DNA of 39,782 nucleotides, from NCBI GenBank assembly GCA_016206485.1, contig JACQRL010000039.1:1-39782 (forward strand). Direction: 5' to 3'. The translations under genes were made by a program, and so were the position numbers. Each line of letters starts with the position of its first letter. Positions within the stretch are counted from its first letter, which is position 1. Origin of the DNA: Planctomycetota bacterium (GTDB lineage Bacteria > Planctomycetota > MHYJ01 > JACQRL01 > SBBU01). This document shows positions 18,573-25,673 of this stretch, in pieces. Under the pieces are notes generated by a model that saw nothing but the letters and a program-made list of their open reading frames with translations, searched no databases and was not told the DNA's origin.

Positions 18573-19004
18573 ATGAATTTTAAAAGGATTGCTCTTATTC
18601 TGATACTCGCAGTTTCTATTTCTGTTATATGTTATACAAACTATAAAGATCTTTTAGACAAACATCCTTCGCCATGGGAATTGGCATATGCCCCGGACTA
18701 CCACCATGGGAAATTCGTATACATGAAAGCGAAAGTCATTTCGAAGGTTGGAAAGGGATATGTTGTTGAGGATCACGGCTACAGAATACATGTCGTAACG
18801 GAAGCGCAACTTAACCAGGGTGATTATGCGATGATTGTTGGAAGGTTTGACAAAGAGTGGAGGATTTATGCCCATGATATTGAGGTTGTACCGCTTGTTA
18901 CCCATAAGACTGTTATCAGTTATGTCTTGGCATTTTTGGTTGTTGTAGTTTTTGCCTCGCAGTTTTTCAGGGCGTTCAGGGTGGAAAAATGGCAGATATA
19001 TTAA
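18573..19004 (+). CDS. bitopic membrane protein with OB-fold-like central domain, function unknown
   Basis: ATG at 18573; the ORF-track TTG is at 18570. N- and C-terminal TM helices flank a beta-rich segment (GKFVYMKAKVISKVGKGYVVEDHGYRIHVV...GDYAMIVGRF). It overlaps the next gene by 16 nt. Confidence 0.5.
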   Translation: MNFKRIALILILAVSISVICYTNYKDLLDKHPSPWELAYAPDYHHGKFVYMKAKVISKVGKGYVVEDHGYRIHVVTEAQLNQGDYAMIVGRFDKEWRIYAHDIEVVPLVTHKTVISYVLAFLVVVVFASQFFRAFRVEKWQIY

Positions 19005-20152
19005 CGCATTATACTTCCGGCCGTCTCGCGGGCGTTGTGCTTGAGCCAAGAAAGGAGATCGCGCTCGTGGCAGGAGTCCTGATGCCGGATATTATTTCGA
19101 AATCAATGATGTTTATTTTTCAGTCGAAGCCGTTTTATTCTGCCTTCAGTCACTCCATTGTCGGAGCTGTTATGTACTCAGCCCTGTTCTGCGCGCTATT
19201 TGTGCGAAGGGAGACGCTAAACGTGTTCTTCCCTTTCATGGTGGTCGGCTATCTGATACATATTTTGTTTGATGCGTTTAAAGACTATCTTGGTTTCGGT
19301 GTTGTATATCCGTTTCTTCCTTTTAGTCAGGAGTTCATACAGCTGCCTTTTTACAATCCGTACAACTCTGTTTACCTTATACCTGCTGATATACTTGCTT
19401 TGTTAATAGTGATTATTGTAAGACAGAAGTTGTTCGGCGGCGAGCCGTCGCGCGCAAACTGGAGATTGTTTGTCGGAGATCTTTGGCAAAGTCTGGTGAA
19501 CGGCCTCGGCGCGATTAAAAGAGTAAATTTTGGCATGCTGGTTTGCGCCGCAATGTTTTTTTTCTTGGGGAGAATAAATAATGATGGAGACAAAAGCAAA
19601 TTCGACTGGATATATGAATATGGAGTTATGCCGAAGAAGTTTGATGGGCGCGAGTATTTTTTTGAGTGCTTGAATTACACAAGACAGCTGAAAGGAAATG
19701 ATTTTGAGGCATCTTATCGGGGCAGAGATATTCTCTTTTTGTCAGAAACGAGCATTCAAGGCGATTCAAGTGTTATTGCAAGGTACGATTATGAAAAAGA
19801 TGCCTTCAAACTTTTAGATTCATTTAGTCTGTCGACTGAGATGAAGCTGTTAATAATTTTAATGACCGTGCTTATATTCGCTGTCTCATGCTGTTCGAAT
19901 AATTCTCTTCTGCTCTTGACGAGATATCTTTTATTTCCATATCTGTGCCTTCTAGTCCTGGTTTATTTTTTTGGAACCGGTATGCATTATGGCGAACTCT
20001 CTTCAAATATTTTTACTGTGCTGTGCGCGAATACTGCGTTGTGGTTTGCTACAAATGGAGGCGGAAAAGAGGCGCTGATTGCTGCGTCAGCTGTTCTGGC
20101 AAACTCTCTCTTCAATATGTACGTGATCGTGTGGCCATATTTTATCCTCTGA
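18989..20152 (+). CDS. YdjM-like membrane-bound metal-dependent hydrolase domain fused to a long C-terminal membrane region
   Basis: 387-aa ORF. The N-terminal ~130 aa carry the ordered motifs ILTHYTSG, LMPDIISK, FSHSIVG and GYLIHILFDAF, as in the YdjM/LexA-binding inner-membrane hydrolase family. The C-terminal ~250 aa add a soluble segment and more TM helices. Confidence 0.55.
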   Translation: MADILTHYTSGRLAGVVLEPRKEIALVAGVLMPDIISKSMMFIFQSKPFYSAFSHSIVGAVMYSALFCALFVRRETLNVFFPFMVVGYLIHILFDAFKDYLGFGVVYPFLPFSQEFIQLPFYNPYNSVYLIPADILALLIVIIVRQKLFGGEPSRANWRLFVGDLWQSLVNGLGAIKRVNFGMLVCAAMFFFLGRINNDGDKSKFDWIYEYGVMPKKFDGREYFFECLNYTRQLKGNDFEASYRGRDILFLSETSIQGDSSVIARYDYEKDAFKLLDSFSLSTEMKLLIILMTVLIFAVSCCSNNSLLLLTRYLLFPYLCLLVLVYFFGTGMHYGELSSNIFTVLCANTALWFATNGGGKEALIAASAVLANSLFNMYVIVWPYFIL

Positions 20153-20357
20153 TTTTCTTTATTAATTAATACGCGAAACCATAAAGGATTTCCACGATAG
20201 CGAAGGGCTTGTGCTTGTAACGTATAAGGTCATTAGTAAGGAATGCCCTGATCCACCTGATGATCCTTCTACAGGCTCAATCAAAGTAAAGTACACTATT
20301 TTTTATGGCGGTGGTTCAGCGGAGTATACACATCCACCGGATTAGCTATATAATAAT

Positions 20358-22052
20358 ATGAGAATGGGAGTTTTTTTATCTAAATACTTAGTAGTAACTC
20401 TGTGTGGTTTAGTATTTGATATTCAAATAACAGAGGATGACTACAACGATCTCGTAAGACAATTATCAGACAAAAATCCTACTATTAGAGGAAGAGTGTT
20501 TAATAAACTTGTTGGATGTTGGGAGGCAGATGACATACTTGATTTAATCAGTAGGTCTATAGAGTCTGCGAAGCAGGATGGCAACTCCTTTTTAACTGAA
20601 ATCCTATCACAGATTAAAACCTGTATCATTAATCGAAAGGAGTTGGGAAGCGAATTAGTTGAGATATTTACTGACAAAGTGGATGAAATGTGCAGCTGGA
20701 GTGAGGATTTTTTAGTATTATTTTTCACGAGGCAGATAAATCAGCACATGGGAGGCTTGGTAAAGGATACAAAGACATGCGAAGTGTTTGCAAAGTGGTT
20801 ATTTGGGCGCTTAAAGTCACATAGCGCTAAAAGGAACTTTATTGATGCCATAGGGGATAATTTTTTGGATAAATCACCACTCCAGATACCGAATGGAAAA
20901 GAGTTGCTGGTCAAGCTACTGAAAGACACAGATACAAAAGTCAAGGCCAGTGCTTTGGGAACACTTTATCGTATGGATGTTAGAGACCCTTACAAAGAGA
21001 TTGTTGATCTGACAAAAGATAGTGAGCCTATGATAAGACTTAGTTCAGCAAGGTACTTAGTGCGAGCAGATGCTGAGAAATTCGGCGATAAGTTAGCCGG
21101 ATTGCTGAATGATGAATTATTGTACATAAGAATGTTGGCGGTGGAAAAAATTGCTGAAAATGGATTGAAACAGTATTCAGGTCAGATTGCTGTGCTTCTC
21201 GATGAGCGATTATATACCGATTATAAACCTATAGAGAAAAAATTTGCGATTATTGGGGATATTGAAAAAATCTTTGGCGGTGTTAACGCTTTAAAAAAAA
21301 GCGCTATTGCCGCCCTTGGAACTTTGGGCTCTAAAGAATTTGTAAAAGAAGTAGGAAATTTTTTGAAGCACGACAACATTTCATTGAGGCTAGAGGCGAT
21401 GAGATCGCTTGCTAAATTAAGAGCCTTTGAATATATACCTGAAATAGGGAGTTTCCTTAAGCATAACGAGATCCAATTGAGGGTAGAGGCAATTAAATTT
21501 CTTGGCGAGTTAGGAGCTGTGGAATATATTGATGAGATGGTGATTATATTACAGTCGGAAAATCACTATGATATTCAACTCGAAGCGGTAAGGAGTCTGC
21601 ATTTGTTTGGAGCAAAGGAATATATAGAACAATATATAGATAGCACAAAGAAATTGGATACAGATTCTATTACGACCTTATTAACTATTTTAGGCGATGT
21701 CAAAGCCAGAGAATTCTCTAATTTTGCCGTGGAATGCTTGGCAGATGAGAAATGCAGGGTAAGAGCTATCAGGACATTAGGAGATATGGGTATTAAAAGA
21801 CATGCCAAAGATATTGCCATATATCTTAGAGATAGTAGTGCGGAAGTTAGGATAGCAACAATTGAAGAATTAGGATCGCTAGATGCAGTTGAATATACAA
21901 AAGAAATTGCTGAACTTGTAAGTGATGAAACTGTTGTTAGTTCTGGTTGGTTGCATAGTCCTCCCAAAATCGTTAAAGAATGCGCTTTGAAAGTGCTTAA
22001 AAAATGGAATGTCGATATAAAACAACTGCAGAAGGAAAATAAAACTAAATAG
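20358..22052 (+). CDS. HEAT-repeat (PBS-lyase-type) protein with N-terminal signal/anchor
   Basis: 564-aa ORF with a hydrophobic N-terminus (FLSKYLVVTLCGLVF). Many ~31-aa repeats follow, for example FLKHDNISLRLEAMRSLAKLRAFEYIPEIGSFLKHNEIQLRVEAIKFLGELGAVEYIDEM and LRDSSAEVRIATIEELGSLDAVEYTKEIAELV. Confidence 0.75.
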   Translation: MRMGVFLSKYLVVTLCGLVFDIQITEDDYNDLVRQLSDKNPTIRGRVFNKLVGCWEADDILDLISRSIESAKQDGNSFLTEILSQIKTCIINRKELGSELVEIFTDKVDEMCSWSEDFLVLFFTRQINQHMGGLVKDTKTCEVFAKWLFGRLKSHSAKRNFIDAIGDNFLDKSPLQIPNGKELLVKLLKDTDTKVKASALGTLYRMDVRDPYKEIVDLTKDSEPMIRLSSARYLVRADAEKFGDKLAGLLNDELLYIRMLAVEKIAENGLKQYSGQIAVLLDERLYTDYKPIEKKFAIIGDIEKIFGGVNALKKSAIAALGTLGSKEFVKEVGNFLKHDNISLRLEAMRSLAKLRAFEYIPEIGSFLKHNEIQLRVEAIKFLGELGAVEYIDEMVIILQSENHYDIQLEAVRSLHLFGAKEYIEQYIDSTKKLDTDSITTLLTILGDVKAREFSNFAVECLADEKCRVRAIRTLGDMGIKRHAKDIAIYLRDSSAEVRIATIEELGSLDAVEYTKEIAELVSDETVVSSGWLHSPPKIVKECALKVLKKWNVDIKQLQKENKTK

Positions 22053-22221
22053 CTTGTAACAAGTATTCTGACCTGCCCCGAGGTTAAATCGAAATATTCA
22101 GAGCTAATCAGATGTTTATAACGACAGTGGGACCTTTGCCCGCAAGAAAAGGATGATAAGTAGTAGTAATTTAAAAATGTTTTCCATAGCGGAGATTTGT
22201 CAGGAATCGGAAGTAATTAGT

Positions 22222-22938
22222 TTAGAATCGCACCGACAGCAGATACTTTAGTTCATCTTCAACATCTTTTTGGTCAATGACGTAGCCTTTTACTTCGTTT
22301 GTAATGATGTTATCCAGAAGATTTTTTGTATAGACAAGGTAATTTTTCACATCTGTTTCTTTTATTCCGAATTGTTTTGAAAGTTCCTTATAGGTTGGAG
22401 ATATAGCGCTTCTTGCGTCGTAGTATGAACTGAAGACATCAAAATATACTTTCTTGTCCTGTTTATGGAGCACATCCTGCAATTCGCCTATAGAGCGTGT
22501 TATTACAGCTCTTGCCCATTCCTGATCAAAGTAATCAGATGGGTTTCTTGATTCATGCGAATCTGTCGGTTCATCGATAATTCCATCTGAGCTTATTGTA
22601 ACCGACCCGCCGCCCCGCTTCTGTCTCATCGAGTCTCTGCGCGAGTTGATCAGAAAATGTTTGAGAGTTGCTTTTATATATGTTCTGAACCTGCCCTTAT
22701 CCGGCGAAACGTTTTTAAGATAATCCTTTTCGAGAAACTTTGTGAAGTATTCCTGTGTAAGATCCTTGGCCTCCTCATTTGATTTATTCCAGAACATTCT
22801 GATGTATTTATATGCCGGCATCCAGTACATGGAAATCAACCTTCCGATCTGCTCTTTATAATCTTTTGTGTCCCTGTCTTTTGCATTAAGAACTACTCCC
22901 CAGATTGTATTAGGAAAGCCCCAGCGGTCTTCCGCCAT
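22222..22938 (-). CDS. ECF-type RNA polymerase sigma-70 family factor
   Basis: Region-2-like AKDLTQEYFTKFLEKDYL...FRTYIKATLKHFLINSRRD and region-4 HTH-like SPTYKELSKQFGIKETDVKNYL. The ATG at 22938 (MAEDRWGFP...) is preferred because it aligns with the start of the paralog at 39580. The ORF extends to an ATG at 23016, adding a hydrophobic 26 aa that is unlikely in a sigma factor. Confidence 0.72.
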   Translation of the reverse strand: MAEDRWGFPNTIWGVVLNAKDRDTKDYKEQIGRLISMYWMPAYKYIRMFWNKSNEEAKDLTQEYFTKFLEKDYLKNVSPDKGRFRTYIKATLKHFLINSRRDSMRQKRGGGSVTISSDGIIDEPTDSHESRNPSDYFDQEWARAVITRSIGELQDVLHKQDKKVYFDVFSSYYDARSAISPTYKELSKQFGIKETDVKNYLVYTKNLLDNIITNEVKGYVIDQKDVEDELKYLLSVRF

Positions 22939-23097
22939 CGTGGTATTATGCTTTTTTATCATAGGAGCTACTGCTTTCATTATAATATACATGACGATCG
23001 AAAGTCCAATTATCACGACACTTTGTCTGCTAACTCGAAGTAAAGATTATACGTAGGGCGCGTGCTCTTCCAAAGAGCATGGGTGATAACAGCAAGT

Positions 23098-25647
23098 CTA
23101 TTTGGTTTTTGTTAGGATTTTGATGAATATTAGAGCAAGAAATGGAATAGATCCTATGAAAAACAACAATTGTAAAGAGTTAGCTATCCTGCTGGCAGGT
23201 TTTGGGGCTGTTTTAGCGTAGACTAGTCCTGTATACTGACCTATTATATTGTGTTTTAAGAGAATGTCTCTGTGTTTTGACAGGAATGTTACTAGTTTAC
23301 TAGCAGGATTCGATGTTGCTTGTGTAGTGATGTAGCACAGAATGCCCCTTTGCCTGCTACTGGTACTTGTGCTACTGCCTGATTCTGGTGCGGGACTTCC
23401 TTGGGTTGGAGGTTCGGTCGGATCTGGTATCAGGATTCCTGGACTTGGGCTGGGTACATTTGGCTGCGCCAGCAATGTGACAGACACCATCGATGATTCA
23501 CCGCAAAGTTGGCTGTAAGCAGTCACGCCGAAGGTATAAACTTGCTCAATAAGATATTCTTCGATTGATGACTCTGAAAGCAAGGCTTGTGTTGTATTTG
23601 CAGGGAAAGTTGTAATGAGAAAAAATACCGGGATACCACCTACAAGCTTTCTTCCGTAAAGCCTGAATTCATTCTCATTATTTGAGTTGTCGTTCCAGGT
23701 CAGAAGAACTCCACTGCCTTCTACAAAGACAGCATTTAAATCTGATGGAGCGTTTATTGTGCAGGTTGGTGGAGGCGTCACGGCCGGCGTATCAACAGCT
23801 ATGTATGTCCCCGGACCCGGTACAGTTGATGCATAAGAAGACTCTCCAACTATATTTCTTGCCTTGATTCTGTAATAGTATCTTGTTGATGGCTGAACAG
23901 TATTGTCAGTGTATGTGATTATATTTGCAGGGATGTTGAATGTGGTTTTTGGCGAAAAGTTTTGGCTTGCGCTCCTTTCCAAAAGAAATTCATCCTCTAC
24001 TTCTGAGTTATCTCTCCAGGTCATAGTAACACGGGAAGACTGTACTGATGTTGAACGAAAGTTTGAAGGAGCTTTTGGAGGATCTCCTATCAAGCGAGAA
24101 TCATTTATTTTACAGACTTTAATATCTCCAGTATCTCTGTTGTCTTGAATAAAGACCAGTGTCTTCCAGCCGCCTATTTTCTCGACCTGTATTGGCAGCT
24201 GCTCTCCCGGACCGTCAGAGATCACGAGAGGATCATCTTCCCATATTCTTATCGGTTCTCCTGTGGGATTGCCGTCCTCCACTGCAATTGCAAGACACTC
24301 TATGTTTTTGTCTCCGTCGAAATTGTGCTCCCAGACAATCAGAATGAATAAATCAATACTGCTGGTCGAATCTACTGTAACTATGGAGTTTCTATTATCG
24401 CTCATAATACTGGCGTCATAACCAAGTTGAATTCCGTTTGTATTTCCATTTTCTGATAATTGCGGATCTCCACCTTGGGAAAAAAGCTGAAGCATTATAA
24501 AGTATCCGTCATCCGGGTTGTAGTTCTGTCTGTTGCTCCAAGTTACAACTGTCTGTCCACCCGGAGCAGAAGCTAGAGATGGTTCGACCTGTGCCCCGCT
24601 CGCATCGGATATCTGAAGTCCGTTAGGAGTTTGATCCCATACTATTACTCCGAATTGATTAATGCGTCTTGCATACAACTTGTTGTCCGGAGATTCCTCT
24701 CTAACGTATACGGCGACAACTTCACCAGAGAAGTCATCATATATTGCGACGTGATCTCTGTCTGTAATGTCATCAGTTAAATCTGTGTTGGATAAAATTA
24801 TCCCACCGTTGCCCCATACATATTCTCCGCCTTGTGGGATAGTTCCGTTTCTTGTTCGGAATTCGCAGACGATGTCCCAGTCATCATTTGAAAATCTCTC
24901 TGCAGTAATAAAGACTCCATCATGAGCAGTTATAATATTTGGTGAAATGACCTGATCGCCTCCAAAGTCTATCAAAACTCCTTCATCTCCGAAGAGTTTA
25001 TCAAGGTTGTTTGTCACTCTTTGCAGGTATACCTGACTTGCGTCCCTGTAGTCTTCACATACAATGTATGCCCCTCCTTCGCCATCAGGGATTGCTTTGA
25101 AGTTTATCTGGTCGCTATCGGCATCAAATATTGGGGCGAGGTTTGGGTCAAGAGGGCCAGATCCGCCATCAGCATTGATTAATGGAACTATTACTCCTTC
25201 ATCATCAACAATGAAAGCATAGATATTCCAGTTGTCCTCCTGAGTTGTTGTTATATTATGCTCGAAGAAAACAAAAGATCTGTTCCCTGCCGACGGAATA
25301 ACTTTTATATTTCTTAATGAGCCGTCTGAGGGAAGGTTGATTCCGATTTGTTCTCCAGCTGATCCGAACCTTGTCGTTGAGTCCAGATATAATCTTTGAA
25401 AAACCAGTCTCAAGTTGTCCCGAACGCAAACTCCTGCGAAGCCGTCAAGAACTCCTCCCCCTCTGTACACCGGGACCGCAGAAAAATAGTTTTCAGTAGA
25501 ATCGTCTGCAGCAATTACGATGTTGTTATCAGAGGGATTTGTGTGGAACTCTGCCTCTAAAACCAGGGGTAGCAATAAAACTGCCGCAAGTATCAGTTTC
25601 AGCCCATTTGACATGATGGCCGTGGTTGTTTTGTCTCGAGATTTCAT
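23098..25647 (-). CDS. giant secreted repeat protein B (W-x-D-x-R...IY repeats, 2x FN3-like, Pro/Ser stalk, Cys-motif C-terminal anchor)
   Basis: ATG at 25647 gives MKSRDK...LILAAVLLLPLVLEA, a signal peptide. The ORF-track start at 25677 is a TTG overlapping the upstream stop. FN3-like strings include VTMTWRDNSEVEDEFLLERS...YYYRIKARN and VLLTWNDNSNNENEFRLYGR. The C-terminus reads GILCYITTQATS...KHRD... followed by a terminal TM helix. Confidence 0.7.
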   Translation of the reverse strand: MKSRDKTTTAIMSNGLKLILAAVLLLPLVLEAEFHTNPSDNNIVIAADDSTENYFSAVPVYRGGGVLDGFAGVCVRDNLRLVFQRLYLDSTTRFGSAGEQIGINLPSDGSLRNIKVIPSAGNRSFVFFEHNITTTQEDNWNIYAFIVDDEGVIVPLINADGGSGPLDPNLAPIFDADSDQINFKAIPDGEGGAYIVCEDYRDASQVYLQRVTNNLDKLFGDEGVLIDFGGDQVISPNIITAHDGVFITAERFSNDDWDIVCEFRTRNGTIPQGGEYVWGNGGIILSNTDLTDDITDRDHVAIYDDFSGEVVAVYVREESPDNKLYARRINQFGVIVWDQTPNGLQISDASGAQVEPSLASAPGGQTVVTWSNRQNYNPDDGYFIMLQLFSQGGDPQLSENGNTNGIQLGYDASIMSDNRNSIVTVDSTSSIDLFILIVWEHNFDGDKNIECLAIAVEDGNPTGEPIRIWEDDPLVISDGPGEQLPIQVEKIGGWKTLVFIQDNRDTGDIKVCKINDSRLIGDPPKAPSNFRSTSVQSSRVTMTWRDNSEVEDEFLLERSASQNFSPKTTFNIPANIITYTDNTVQPSTRYYYRIKARNIVGESSYASTVPGPGTYIAVDTPAVTPPPTCTINAPSDLNAVFVEGSGVLLTWNDNSNNENEFRLYGRKLVGGIPVFFLITTFPANTTQALLSESSIEEYLIEQVYTFGVTAYSQLCGESSMVSVTLLAQPNVPSPSPGILIPDPTEPPTQGSPAPESGSSTSTSSRQRGILCYITTQATSNPASKLVTFLSKHRDILLKHNIIGQYTGLVYAKTAPKPASRIANSLQLLFFIGSIPFLALIFIKILTKTK

Positions 25648-25673
25648 ATATGATTCAGAGACCTCTTTTTTGA

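Noticed and set aside
20166-20345. 60-codon stop-free frame in the 205-nt gap before the 564-aa HEAT gene (…VTYKVISKECPDPPDDPSTGSIKVKYTIFYGGGSAEYTHPPD)
   Set aside because: It has no ATG. The only in-frame GTG (20211) has poor ribosome-binding-site spacing. The length is within chance expectation for AT-rich DNA. It could be a gene remnant or a 44-aa peptide, but it is unsupported without homology data.
22939-23016. Hydrophobic 26-aa N-terminal extension of the sigma factor ORF
   Set aside because: The paralog at 39580 starts at the position equivalent to the ATG at 22938, and a TM helix on a sigma factor is improbable. This is not fully excluded. A TTTGGA-N17-TATAAT promoter-like string on the minus strand (23046-23074) would be compatible with either start.
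23063-23079. Hairpin TGCTCTT-CCA-AAGAGCA just downstream of giant protein B on the minus strand, as a possible terminator
   Set aside because: It has a 3-nt loop and no following U-tract, and it overlaps a promoter-like -35 string. This is too weak to call an intrinsic terminator.
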